In this document: one piece after another, positions 40,351-50,335 of the stretch
Layout: each line of letters begins with the position of its first letter
How positions within the stretch are numbered: position 1 is the stretch's first letter
DNA from: Nitrososphaerota archaeon
GTDB lineage: Archaea; Thermoproteota; Nitrososphaeria; Nitrososphaerales; Nitrosopumilaceae
Direction: 5' to 3'
NCBI GenBank assembly: GCA_032127635.1
Contig: JAQBHN010000037.1
Location: forward strand, 1-59,696
Length of the DNA stretch: 59,696 bases
Made by a program: the position numbers and the translations under genes
Notes under the pieces: generated by a model
What the model was told of the DNA's origin: nothing
What the model saw: only the letters and a program-made list of their open reading frames with translations
The model's database searches: none

Positions 40351-40380
40351 GCCTTAATTTTTCCTCATCACTATTTGTAT

Positions 40381-40914
40381 CTATTCACTAAATTCAGACA
40401 TAATCGAATCCAGTTCAGATTCCACCATAGTGATGATTGGTGGAATAAAATCCGCAGTTACATTTTGTTGCGGCCAATGAATTTGATTGACACGTCCATT
40501 CAAAGTAATTTTCACATTTGATTTTTGATATTCAGTTGCATTATCCATAATTGCAAAAGATTCAGAAGGTATTGCAATGAAACCAGTTTCTTTAATCAGC
40601 GCTTTAATTTTGTTAAGTTTGTTTTCATCTAGTTTTGAGCGCACGTCGGGCTTCAGATAGCCGTGATCAGTTACAGAGTATTTTATGTCACCGTCATTTT
40701 TGATGTAAAGAATTTCAGTTTTTTGCGCTCCAATTCGTTCTGTTACACCGTAAGAAATTTTCTTCAATTGGTGTTTAGTATATTCAATTTCAATATTATC
40801 AGTGTAATTGGCAGCAGACGTAGGGATTTCATTTCTTAGCAATAACGGAGTGGAGAGTAAAAGAGCTGCAATAACTGGAATAGCGCCCAATACAATGTAA
40901 ATTGGTTTTACCAT
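40381..40914 (-). CDS. Membrane-anchored hypothetical protein
   Basis: N-terminal TM; ATG at 40914 likely. Confidence 0.75.
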   Translation of the reverse strand: MVKPIYIVLGAIPVIAALLLSTPLLLRNEIPTSAANYTDNIEIEYTKHQLKKISYGVTERIGAQKTEILYIKNDGDIKYSVTDHGYLKPDVRSKLDENKLNKIKALIKETGFIAIPSESFAIMDNATEYQKSNVKITLNGRVNQIHWPQQNVTADFIPPIITMVESELDSIMSEFSE

Positions 40915-40990
40915 TTTACTACTAATATTGCCAATTTGCAAATAAATCTTAGTAATGGTTAAAATTCAAGCAAAATGTTTCGATTCTTGT

Positions 40991-41064
40991 GGGTTCGTAG
41001 CCTAGCCTGGTAGGGCGATGGTCTCCAAAACCATCGATCGTCGGTTCAAATCCGATCGGGCCCA
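40991..41064 (+). tRNA. tRNA-Trp(CCA), intron-less
   Basis: Acceptor GGGTTCG/CGGGCCC; anticodon arm ATGGT-CTCCAAA-ACCAT; TTCAAAT loop. Confidence 0.92.
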
Positions 41065-41079
41065 CTTCAAAAAATTCTA

Positions 41080-43344
41080 TCAGTTGTTTCTCAAGATATT
41101 TAGTGCAGATCCGGACTTGAACCATTCGATTTGTGATTTGTTGTATGAATGACTTAGTAAAATTTCATCCTTGTCCCCACCAGAATGAGAAATTATACAT
41201 CGGACTTGTTTGCCCGGAGATAACTCATTTAGTTCAAGTAAGCTAATTCTGTCATCCTCTAGAATTTTCTCATAATCGTCCGGATTACTAAAGGTCAATG
41301 CCAAAATACCTTGTTTTTTTAGATTTGTTTCATGAATTCTCGCTAAACTTTTTGTGATAACTGCGGCACACCCTAAAAAGCGGGGAGACATGGCTGCGTG
41401 TTCCCGGCTACTTCCCTCGCCGTAATTATTATCGCCAATAATGACCCATCGCATTTGTTTTTCTTTGTATTGTCTGGCAATTTGTGAAAATGATTCCTGA
41501 TTATTATTTAGAATATTCTTGCCCTGGCCAACCTGATCATTAAATGCGTTAACTGCACCTAAAAGCATGTTATCACTTAGATTATCCAAGTGTCCACGTA
41601 AAGAAAGCCATGCCCCGGCGGGGGAAATATGATCTGTGGTGCATTTGCCTTTAGCCTTTACCAGAATTGGAATATTTTCGAAATCCTTACCATCCCACTT
41701 AGGAAAGGGTTTCAAAAGCTGTAGTCTCTTACTGCTAGGATCAATCAGAACCTCGATGTCGTCAGAATTTTCAGGAGGCGCAATAAAAATTCCTTCAGGT
41801 CTCACAAAACCTTCTTCAGGAACTTCTGGTGCAGGTTTAGGAGGTTCAAGTTTAAACTTAGTTCCATCTGATGCGATTAGATCATCCTTTAAAGGATTAA
41901 AGGAGAGTCTGCCGCCCAACGCTAAAGCAATAATCATTTCAGGACTACCAATAAAGTTCAGAGTGCTTCTACGTCCGTCATTTCTACCTGGGAAATTTCT
42001 GTTAAACGTTGTAACGATGGTATTCTGTTGATCCTTTTCTAGTTCAGGCCTATTCCATTGACCAATGCAAGGACCGCATGCATTTGCTAAAACAGTTGCA
42101 CCTATGTCTTTCAATGAATCCATTTGCCCATCGCGTTCTATAGTACCACGGATTTGTTCAGAGCCAGGAGTTACCAGCAATGGAATCTTTGCTTTGATTC
42201 CCTTGGCTTTTGCTTGTTCAGCCAAACTTGCAGCTCTTGACATATCCTCGTAGGAAGAGTTTGTACAACTTCCAATTAACGCAACGGAGATTGGATCAGT
42301 GTAGCCTTTGGATTTTACATCATCAGATAATTTTGTAATCGTTCTTGCCAAATCAGGAGTATGTGGCCCAACAATATGTGGTTCTAATGTTGAAAGATTA
42401 ATTTCAATCACCCTATCAAAGAATTTTTCTGGATTTGTTTCTATTTCAGCATCTGCAACAAGAGACTCTTTGTTTTGATTTGCCAATCTGGCAATATCTT
42501 CTCTGTCGGTATATTTCAGATAAGTTTCCATTCGTTCATCATATGGAAATATAGAACAAGTTGCTCCAATTTCGGCTCCCATGTTGGCAATTGTGGCCTT
42601 GCCTGTACAACTGATGGATTTTGTCCCAGGTCCAAAGTATTCTACTATTGCATTCGTACCTCCGGATACTGTTAATTCATCAGCAACTTTCAATATGATA
42701 TCTTTAGGAGCAGTCCATCCTGTTAGTTCTCCTGTTAGTTTTACACCGATTTTTTTTGGATAAAGTAACTCCCACGGCATACCTGCCATTGCCTCAGCTG
42801 CATCCAACCCACCAACACCAATTGCAATCATCCCAAGGCCTCCCGCATTTGGAGTATGAGAGTCAGTGCCAATCATCAATCCGCCTGGAAACGCATAGTT
42901 TTCAAGTACAACTTGGTGAATAATCCCTGCGCCAGGTTTCCAAAAACCACATCCGTGTTTTGCACATGCTGATTGCAAAAACTTGAAAACTTCGCTATTT
43001 TCATCAAGTGAAACTTTCATGTCAATATCACCTTGAACTTCGGCTCTAATGAGATGATCACAGTGTACAGTTGTCGGCAAAGATGTTTGTTTTAATCCTG
43101 CTTGCATAAATTGGAGCATCACCATTTGGCCCGTGACATCTTGTAATGCAACTCTGTCGGGTTTTAAGAAAACATAATCTTTTCCGCCGGTAAAAACAGT
43201 ATCGTCAATGTTGTTCAGATGGCCAGATAAGATTTTTTCAGAAAGTGTCAGCGGTCTTCCAACTAGATTTCTATATTTTACAATATTTTCTTTTAATTTC
43301 AAATAAACATTAGAAACAAGTTCTGCAGTAGTATCAATTTCCAT
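41080..43344 (-). CDS. Aconitate hydratase (mitochondrial-like type)
   Basis: LQDVTGQM, HCDH, GTDSHT, GSCTNSS, ACGPCIG, TTDHISPAG, GSSREHAA; ATG at 43344. Confidence 0.93.
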   Translation of the reverse strand: MEIDTTAELVSNVYLKLKENIVKYRNLVGRPLTLSEKILSGHLNNIDDTVFTGGKDYVFLKPDRVALQDVTGQMVMLQFMQAGLKQTSLPTTVHCDHLIRAEVQGDIDMKVSLDENSEVFKFLQSACAKHGCGFWKPGAGIIHQVVLENYAFPGGLMIGTDSHTPNAGGLGMIAIGVGGLDAAEAMAGMPWELLYPKKIGVKLTGELTGWTAPKDIILKVADELTVSGGTNAIVEYFGPGTKSISCTGKATIANMGAEIGATCSIFPYDERMETYLKYTDREDIARLANQNKESLVADAEIETNPEKFFDRVIEINLSTLEPHIVGPHTPDLARTITKLSDDVKSKGYTDPISVALIGSCTNSSYEDMSRAASLAEQAKAKGIKAKIPLLVTPGSEQIRGTIERDGQMDSLKDIGATVLANACGPCIGQWNRPELEKDQQNTIVTTFNRNFPGRNDGRRSTLNFIGSPEMIIALALGGRLSFNPLKDDLIASDGTKFKLEPPKPAPEVPEEGFVRPEGIFIAPPENSDDIEVLIDPSSKRLQLLKPFPKWDGKDFENIPILVKAKGKCTTDHISPAGAWLSLRGHLDNLSDNMLLGAVNAFNDQVGQGKNILNNNQESFSQIARQYKEKQMRWVIIGDNNYGEGSSREHAAMSPRFLGCAAVITKSLARIHETNLKKQGILALTFSNPDDYEKILEDDRISLLELNELSPGKQVRCIISHSGGDKDEILLSHSYNKSQIEWFKSGSALNILRNN

Positions 43345-43499
43345 AATCTGCGATAAATTAATCCCGAATTTAATATTTGCAATTGTAAAATTCAACAAAT
43401 TGTTTCAATAGGCATGTAAATCCTCAACAATTATAAGCCAAATACTGCCTTTCAATACAGTGTTAGGCAGCAGTAAATTTTCTAAATCGAGGTATAGTT

Positions 43500-44132
43500 A
43501 TGGTCAATAAAGGATTTCCAAAATTCGGCATGTCGCAGGCGGGTGCATTTGTTGCAGCACTTAAAAATTATAATTTGCCAGATTTCATTTTAGTTTTAGT
43601 TGCAAAAGAATGCAAGTCAGATCTGCTCGAAAGGGGAAGAATAGACGACAGATTACAAAGTATGAATGATGATGCTTTAGAACTATTACACAGGGTTTTT
43701 GTTGGATGTAAAGAAGATTCTGCAGGAAAATATGCCCAATACAGATTCTATGCATATGTATCAAGCATGTATCACAAATGCGAGGTCATAGTTAACGATA
43801 CAATTCCGGGTGCATCAGGTACAAATCACAAAGTTCCTGTCGCGGTAAAAAACAACGGAATGTACATAGCAATTGCATATAACAAAGCAACTGGAAATCC
43901 AGTGAACGCAAAAGAAACGACAAGATTTTACAACATGGTGGATGATATCAAAAAAGGAGATCATGGAACCATGCTAGCTGATGGAATTTACGGCTCTTCC
44001 GTAGGCTTTAGAGGAGATGCCCTTGTAGAACTTGAGACATTAAGCAAATCACGGACAAATGATCCTGAAAATAAATTGGATTTCAAAACTGCAAATTTTG
44101 AAAATAACATTTACTCAGTTTCAAAACTTTAG
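43500..44132 (+). CDS. Hypothetical protein with a degenerate Mrr-like C-terminal domain
   Basis: IPGASGTNHKVPV...AYNK...PV...F...DDI...GIYGSSVGF pattern. Confidence 0.75.
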   Translation: MVNKGFPKFGMSQAGAFVAALKNYNLPDFILVLVAKECKSDLLERGRIDDRLQSMNDDALELLHRVFVGCKEDSAGKYAQYRFYAYVSSMYHKCEVIVNDTIPGASGTNHKVPVAVKNNGMYIAIAYNKATGNPVNAKETTRFYNMVDDIKKGDHGTMLADGIYGSSVGFRGDALVELETLSKSRTNDPENKLDFKTANFENNIYSVSKL

Positions 44133-44143
44133 ATGCGAATATT

Positions 44144-44713
44144 TTATCGTAAATTAAATTGCGAAGTATCCATTGCTAGAAACATTGGCTTGCCATCAGT
44201 TTTTTGAAAATCTTCATCATACTGTTCAAATTCTAACTGTTCAAAAAGATGCTTGGTCCACACATCATGTACATCTTGAATGAATTTTTTGTGTCCAGCG
44301 ATTCTCAACATTTCATGGACTAGTTCGTGTGAAACAGTGGTGCAATTTTTTTCTGCAAGAAATAAAGTGTCATTAGGCTCTTTTGGAGACTGCCAATGCG
44401 TCATTCCAAAATTTTCGGCATGATATCCATCACAGGTGCAATCAGTCCACCAAGGTTTGAAATGAGTTAGGTAAAAATGATAAATGTCTTTCCCACGCTG
44501 GTAATGATCACGTATCAATGTAGAAGTATCAAGGCGTTGAAGAATACTTCTAGGAGTTGTGATCATTTCGTCACATTGAATTTCATAATATTTGCCAAAC
44601 TTTTGTTTCAACCAAACCTGATAAAATTTGCTCATTTTTTTGACATATTCAAATTCAAATTGTCGTTTTTCACGATCTGCTTCAGGTACTACAAAAATAA
44701 AATGTAGAATCAT
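44144..44713 (-). CDS. Putative zinc metallopeptidase-like protein
   Basis: VSHELVHEML (HExxH). Confidence 0.65.
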   Translation of the reverse strand: MILHFIFVVPEADREKRQFEFEYVKKMSKFYQVWLKQKFGKYYEIQCDEMITTPRSILQRLDTSTLIRDHYQRGKDIYHFYLTHFKPWWTDCTCDGYHAENFGMTHWQSPKEPNDTLFLAEKNCTTVSHELVHEMLRIAGHKKFIQDVHDVWTKHLFEQLEFEQYDEDFQKTDGKPMFLAMDTSQFNLR

Positions 44714-44731
44714 AATAAGAAAAAAAGGTGT

Positions 44732-44971
44732 TTATGTTTGACCTTCAATACCCATCAAGGTAAGAGTTGAGCGAATCTTTTCAATTTTCCTGATTTTCCA
44801 GGTAATTGTTTCTCTTAGTTTTTCAACAGTGTCAGATTCGATCTTGGCCAAAATATCATATGCACCAAAAGTTCCATGAACTTCTTTTACACCATCCAAG
44901 CCCTTTAGTTGCCCTATAATAGCTTCCTCAGAACCCAGTTCACAGTTTATTAAAACATAAGCTGTTGCCAT
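44732..44971 (-). CDS. Lrp/AsnC ligand-binding (RAM) domain protein
   Basis: AYVLIN...GAYDILAKI...IRSTLTL. Confidence 0.9.
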   Translation of the reverse strand: MATAYVLINCELGSEEAIIGQLKGLDGVKEVHGTFGAYDILAKIESDTVEKLRETITWKIRKIEKIRSTLTLMGIEGQT

Positions 44972-45014
44972 ACAGAAATTAGATAAATCGACTATATCAA
45001 TAAACCGATTATTG

Positions 45015-45434
45015 TTAGTTTTGAGACATCTTCACAATACCATCCCAGATTGGCTTTGGCACAGGCATTACAGATAACCTTGAAATTCTTATTAATTCCC
45101 AGTCTTTAAATTTTTTCTCTTTTTTCATTTCATCAAGGGTCACTGGGCGTTTCAATGTTTTTTTATATTTTACATCAACGACAATGAATCGGTCTACATC
45201 TTCCTTAGGATTGGAATAGGGTTTTGAAGTTATTTGCATGATTCCTACCGCTTGTCGTTCATCACCTGTATGATAAAAAAATGCAAGATCGCCTGATTTC
45301 ATTTCTCGCATATGCTTTAATGCCAAATTATTATGAACCCCGTCCCATACGGTTGTTTTCTCTTTTTTGAGCTGTTCAAAATTATATCCCCTTGGCCCGC
45401 TAGGTTCCTGTTTTGCTAACCAATAATTCACCAT
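45015..45434 (-). CDS. EVE domain protein
   Basis: YWLAKQEP, WDGVHN, GDLAFFYH, RLSVMPV. Confidence 0.92.
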   Translation of the reverse strand: MVNYWLAKQEPSGPRGYNFEQLKKEKTTVWDGVHNNLALKHMREMKSGDLAFFYHTGDERQAVGIMQITSKPYSNPKEDVDRFIVVDVKYKKTLKRPVTLDEMKKEKKFKDWELIRISRLSVMPVPKPIWDGIVKMSQN

Positions 45435-45481
45435 TTCATTTTTCCATATTTTCATCGGTGTTTAATGGTTTTTGAAAAAAG

Positions 45482-45652
45482 ATATGTTCCCCGGTTCTGA
45501 CTCGCACCAAATCATTGGTCATAGCCATACGCCTCCTCGCGTTCTGAAACCGGGGTTGCCCACAATGTAGCACGCCTGGGTGAATTAGAAATCACTGGTA
45601 TCATTACGATCGACTCATCCTAATCCGTCTGCATGCTTGCTCTTGGGCGATT
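45482..45652 (-). ncRNA. Candidate two-hairpin H/ACA-like small RNA
   Basis: GC-rich intergenic island; stem AGCAUGC/GCGUGCU followed by ACA; stem CCCCGGUU/AACCGGGG followed by A-ACA and then U6; TTTTTAG ~25 nt upstream. Confidence 0.6.
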
Positions 45653-45725
45653 TGTAATAGAATTACTCCTACTAAAAACCATTGAAGGAATAATTGTAAA
45701 AAAACAGTTTTTGGATGAATTGGTT

Positions 45726-47366
45726 TTAATTTTTAAGAACCGAATCAGACAAAGACATCTCAAATCCCACTACAGGAACACGAATCTTATAATTTTCAAT
45801 AATTTTTGAATCGATTTTTCCAATAATTCCGATGGGGATGTCATTTAGAACGATTGATGCGCAATGGCCATCTTCAAATGTAGGATTAGTTGCAGTTTTT
45901 GTCTCCACTTTGATCCCAAATCCAATATTCAGTGCAGATTGAATAATTGATTTTATTTCAGTGAAATTTGCATCTTTATGCGCACTGATACCAGAAAAAT
46001 TAATTTTTTCCGATATTGGGTTTTCTGTAGCAAAAACAGTCCCAGTTTCAAACATTTTTTGAGGGTACGATTCATGAATATTTTTTGAAAGGTTTTCCAA
46101 TAAACCTGGAAGGATAGAATCGCGTAAAATAGTATGCTCTCTGCTTTTCGAATCAAGTACAGAAATGATCCTTGTTGAATCTCTGTTAGTCATATCATAT
46201 AATACTCGTTTGCTAGTCAAACTAGAATTCAATGCCTCAAGAAATCCCAGTCCAATCATTGTTTGATCTAGAGATTTTAGTTTTATTGAAACAGGATTTG
46301 TTTTTCCCATAGTTTGAGAAGGAGACAGTGCAGGTTCAAGATTCTGGATTCCGTATCCCAAAGCAACTTCTTCAACTAAATCTAAAGGTCCAAAAATATC
46401 AAATCGATATGCAGGTATTGTACAAATGATGTTTGTCCCTTTGGATATTGCATCCAAGCGAGATTTTTTCAAAGATGAGACGATTTTTGAAGAATTAAGA
46501 TTTAAACCCAAAGTCTGATTGATCAATGAAGCACTGACAGTCATTTTTCTTTGTTCTAATTTTGGTGAAGAATTTTTTGCGCCTGTTATTTTTACCGATT
46601 CTAAGATAAAACCAGCGCTTTGCAAAATGGTCGCTACAACTGCAAGCATATCTTCAGCATCTTCTTTGGCGATTCCAGTCACCTCAACAAAAAGATTTTT
46701 GGTTTTTGTGGTAACTGTGGTGACTGCGGCGTTAATTATAGGAGGAAAAGACACGGTATTTTGATTTTTATCTAAAATTATAGGCACTTGAGAAGATTGG
46801 CCAAGTATAGAACCGTAATCTTTTCCAACATCAGTGTTTACCAAGATTTCTGAGACGGTTGTCTCTTTTTCAGAGTTTAACGGGATGAATTTGTGATCTC
46901 TAGTTGTTGTAGTGTAAACTAGTGGAAACGAAATTTTGTCTAAATCATGTATTCCAATTGATGATTTTTTTCTTTTTCTTCCTATTCCAAAATGAAGATC
47001 TTCCTGCATGGTCATCAATTGCTTGATTGTTTTATCATCAACTTTTCCATTTTTTGCGATAATTCCAGTTACAAAAGGCCTAATCTTTGTCACTGAAGAA
47101 TTTACAGAGATTTGATAGTTGTTAGATCTTTTTACATTGAGTTTTACTATGCCAGTTTTAATCCCAAATAGTCCTTGCATGCCAAGTGCAATCCCATAAT
47201 CAGTAGAGTAGTCAGGGCGGTTTGGGCTATATTCAATCCTCACAAGATCCTTATCTTCGGATTCAATATCCAATCCAAGAAAAGGCAATGAATCAGAAAT
47301 TTGTTTTTTTGTCACTTTTCCAATTAATTTTTGGAGGCGTGAGTAAGATAATTCAATTACTGGCAT
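45726..47366 (-). CDS. pheT: Phenylalanine--tRNA ligase beta subunit
   Basis: PNRPD, QEDLH, GIHD, PPIIN, YRFDI...EEVA; ATG at 47366. Confidence 0.94.
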   Translation of the reverse strand: MPVIELSYSRLQKLIGKVTKKQISDSLPFLGLDIESEDKDLVRIEYSPNRPDYSTDYGIALGMQGLFGIKTGIVKLNVKRSNNYQISVNSSVTKIRPFVTGIIAKNGKVDDKTIKQLMTMQEDLHFGIGRKRKKSSIGIHDLDKISFPLVYTTTTRDHKFIPLNSEKETTVSEILVNTDVGKDYGSILGQSSQVPIILDKNQNTVSFPPIINAAVTTVTTKTKNLFVEVTGIAKEDAEDMLAVVATILQSAGFILESVKITGAKNSSPKLEQRKMTVSASLINQTLGLNLNSSKIVSSLKKSRLDAISKGTNIICTIPAYRFDIFGPLDLVEEVALGYGIQNLEPALSPSQTMGKTNPVSIKLKSLDQTMIGLGFLEALNSSLTSKRVLYDMTNRDSTRIISVLDSKSREHTILRDSILPGLLENLSKNIHESYPQKMFETGTVFATENPISEKINFSGISAHKDANFTEIKSIIQSALNIGFGIKVETKTATNPTFEDGHCASIVLNDIPIGIIGKIDSKIIENYKIRVPVVGFEMSLSDSVLKN

Positions 47367-48745
47367 TTTGTAGCACTCCTTAACCAACCAAGATTATTAT
47401 TGTAAAACTCTCTCACGTCACCTACACCATACTTTAACATAGCAATTCTTTCAATACCGCCACCCCAAGCTAGAACAGGTTGAGTAATACCAAGGGGTTT
47501 GGTTACTTCAGGTCTAAAAATACCCATTCCAAATAACTCAATCCATTTTCCTAATTTTTCATTGTAAACCATGGTTTGAAGAGATGGTTCGGTGTAAGGG
47601 AAAAATGTTGGCCAGAACTTTACTTTGGTAATTCCGATTCGTTTGTAAAACTCTCGTTGAATTCCCATTAAATTTCTCAATGAAGCGTCTTTTCCAACAA
47701 CGATGCCTTCAATTTGATTAAATTCAACCAAATGTTTGTAACTAACTTTTTCGTTTCTAAATACACGACCTAGAGAGAATATTCGTGCCTCATCAGGTTT
47801 GTTTTCAGCTAAATGTTTGATTGTTACACAAGTGGTATGTGTCCTAAGAACCATTTTTCTTGCTTCATTAATGTCCCACTGATATCGCCAATTCTTTTTA
47901 TGAGATTCGGAAACTTTTCTTATTTGCTCAGGTGTTCCAATTTTTTTGGCATTTATTCCATCCAGATAAAATGTATCTTGTAATTCTCTTGCAGGGTGGT
48001 CTTGCGGAGTAAACAGAGCATCAAAATTCCAAAAGCTTGACTGAGTCATGTTGCCAAGAATTTCCGAAAAACCAAGCGTGACAAATATCTCACGAATTTC
48101 ATCAATAGTGTCTTTTAGAGGATGTGTTCTTGCAACAAAAATTTCTGGAACGTTAGCTTCAACATCAATGCCACCAACAGAATCTGAAATTTTGATTGAT
48201 TTTGCCAAATCTGATAATGAAATTTCTTTTGTTTTAACAACATCCTCAATAATAAAATCAGGTCTTTTCAAAAGTCCAGATAAATCATCGCCGTCAATTT
48301 TATCTTTAGACAACTTCTCATTTCCAATAAGTTTGAGGGTTTTTTCTCCTAGAAGTTCTGAGGGCGGATTTTTTATAGAAATTTCGTCAAGTAAAACTTC
48401 AATCCAATTATTTTTTCTAGCCAGACCCATGGAAGGTCCAAATACAAAGCCCAATTCTTTTTGCAGATCAGGTAATTTTCTAGGCCCAGCATTTAGCAAA
48501 TCTAACAATCTTCTTTCAGGCAATCCTTTTGCAAAAGATTCAAGACCATTTTTCCCTAAACTCAGAATGCTCGATTTTGATTCAGTTACAATTGCCAGAT
48601 TTTTTAATTTAAGCCATTCAATTCCTCGTCTAATTTGATCAGGTGAAAGTTGCGTGGATTTTTCTAATGACTCAGGAGATTGTTTTGGATTGTCTCTTAA
48701 AGAGGCGATAATTTTTTTTTCAATTTCATGAAAAACTTGCGACAA
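47357..48745 (-). CDS. pheS: Phenylalanine--tRNA ligase alpha subunit
   Basis: FWNFDAL, HPARELQDTF, LRTHTT, FPYTEPS, GIERIAM. Confidence 0.95.
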   Translation of the reverse strand: MSQVFHEIEKKIIASLRDNPKQSPESLEKSTQLSPDQIRRGIEWLKLKNLAIVTESKSSILSLGKNGLESFAKGLPERRLLDLLNAGPRKLPDLQKELGFVFGPSMGLARKNNWIEVLLDEISIKNPPSELLGEKTLKLIGNEKLSKDKIDGDDLSGLLKRPDFIIEDVVKTKEISLSDLAKSIKISDSVGGIDVEANVPEIFVARTHPLKDTIDEIREIFVTLGFSEILGNMTQSSFWNFDALFTPQDHPARELQDTFYLDGINAKKIGTPEQIRKVSESHKKNWRYQWDINEARKMVLRTHTTCVTIKHLAENKPDEARIFSLGRVFRNEKVSYKHLVEFNQIEGIVVGKDASLRNLMGIQREFYKRIGITKVKFWPTFFPYTEPSLQTMVYNEKLGKWIELFGMGIFRPEVTKPLGITQPVLAWGGGIERIAMLKYGVGDVREFYNNNLGWLRSATKCQ

Positions 48746-48796
48746 CAGCAAAGAATCCGAAAAAGACTTTTTAAACCTTAACCTAAGTCAAGATGA

Positions 48797-49909
48797 ATGT
48801 CAGCTGATGACTTTATTGTAACTCCGTGGCACGTAGAGGGCGATATTGACTATGATAAATTAATCAAGCAATTCGGAACTGAAAAGATTTCTTCAGAACT
48901 ACTCGAAAGAATCAAGAAAATCACAGGTGAAGACCATTTTATGCTCAGACGGGGCATTTTCTTCTCACATAGAGAACTGACCAGAATACTTGATGAATAT
49001 GAGAAAGGCAACAAATTCTTTCTATATACAGGAAGAGGCCCTTCAGGCCATACCCATATTGGACATTTAGTACCATGGATGTTTGCAAAATGGTTACAAG
49101 ATAAATTTGACGTTAACATGTATTTTCAACTTACTGATGACGAGAAATTTTATTCCAAACCTAATCTGACTTTAGATGAAACGAAGAAATTTGCATATGA
49201 GAACGCGTTGGATTTTATCGCATTAGGCTTCAACCCAGAGAAAACAAAGATCATCATCAACACAAAAAATATTAAAACATTGTATCCAATTGCAGCTGAA
49301 GTAGCAAAAAAAATTAATTTTTCTAATACAAAAGCAACGTTTGGTTTTACAAACGAAACAAATATTGGAATGATATTTTATACATCACTACAATCAGCTC
49401 CGTGCTTTATTGAAGATAAACCTGTGTTAATTCCATTAGGGGTTGATCAAGATCCTCACTTTAGATTAACAAGAGACATTGCGCCAAAAATTGGAAAACA
49501 AAAGCCAGCTTTGATTCACAACATCATGATTCCAAGTTTGGAAGGGCCAGGAGGAAAAATGTCAGCATCAGATGAGAAAGGTACGATCTACACAACAGAT
49601 TCACCAAGTGAAGTAAAAAATAAAATTAACAAGCATGCATTTTCAGGAGGACAGCCAGACATAGAACAACATAGAAAACTTGGTGGAAACCCAGATATCG
49701 ATGTGTCCTATCAGTATCTAAGAATATTTTTTGAACCAGATGATGCTAAATTGAAAACAGTTTATGAAGATTATAAATCGGGTAAATTACTTTCAGGTGA
49801 ACTAAAAGCGATTTTAATTGAAAAAATTAATTCGTTTCTTGCAGTTCATCAAGAAAACAGAGAAAAAGCAAGAACCCAGATAGAAGAGTTTCTTTTTGAA
49901 GATAAATGA
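48797..49909 (+). CDS. trpS: Tryptophan--tRNA ligase
   Basis: YTGRGPS, HIGH, TDDEK, DQDPHFR, KMSAS. Confidence 0.95.
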   Translation: MSADDFIVTPWHVEGDIDYDKLIKQFGTEKISSELLERIKKITGEDHFMLRRGIFFSHRELTRILDEYEKGNKFFLYTGRGPSGHTHIGHLVPWMFAKWLQDKFDVNMYFQLTDDEKFYSKPNLTLDETKKFAYENALDFIALGFNPEKTKIIINTKNIKTLYPIAAEVAKKINFSNTKATFGFTNETNIGMIFYTSLQSAPCFIEDKPVLIPLGVDQDPHFRLTRDIAPKIGKQKPALIHNIMIPSLEGPGGKMSASDEKGTIYTTDSPSEVKNKINKHAFSGGQPDIEQHRKLGGNPDIDVSYQYLRIFFEPDDAKLKTVYEDYKSGKLLSGELKAILIEKINSFLAVHQENREKARTQIEEFLFEDK

Positions 49910-50187
49910 AAATAACTGTAACGTGTGATGACAAATATGAGGCTCAAAAACTAGCCAGTTTTATTTTTATAAAAGACAGTAAAGAGACATACATTACAAG
50001 AATTCTAAATATTGTTAAAAATGAATTAGTAATTTCATTAAAAGATAAATCTGCCCACAGCATTGTACTCAAAGATGAAGAAAATGTGGAAAGGTTTGCA
50101 GATTTTATACAGTCGGTCTTGGATAAAGAACACACGTTAATTTCAACTATAATCATTGAAGATATTGTGGAAATAGTTAAGGAATAA
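49906..50187 (+). CDS. Hypothetical protein
   Basis: 93-aa ORF coupled to trpS (ATGA overlap). Confidence 0.72.
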   Translation: MKITVTCDDKYEAQKLASFIFIKDSKETYITRILNIVKNELVISLKDKSAHSIVLKDEENVERFADFIQSVLDKEHTLISTIIIEDIVEIVKE

Positions 50188-50189
50188 TT

Positions 50190-50273
50190 CTATAGACCAA
50201 ATATAGTATATGCCGTTACAATTCCAACAACAACAATTAGAGAAATCCCTAATGCTTTGAAATCACTATTCAT
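50190..50273 (-). CDS. Putative single-TM micropeptide (27 aa), not in ORF track
   Basis: MNSDFKALGISLIVVVGIVTAYTIFGL; TTTAATTAT upstream. Confidence 0.5.
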   Translation of the reverse strand: MNSDFKALGISLIVVVGIVTAYTIFGL

Positions 50274-50335
50274 GAATTAATATTAAAATAATTATAATTA
50301 AAGTGTTAACTAATTCTCACAGATGATTCTACTAA

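Noticed and set aside
40991-41064. Lack of an intron in tRNA-Trp as a novelty
   Set aside because: Intron presence in archaeal tRNA-Trp varies by lineage; I cannot show it is unusual here
45482-45652. Intergenic RNA as RNase P, SRP or 5S rRNA
   Set aside because: Too short for RNase P or SRP and lacks their signature motifs (GAGGAAAGUCC; the GGAA-loop/AGCAG helix 8); does not resemble 5S
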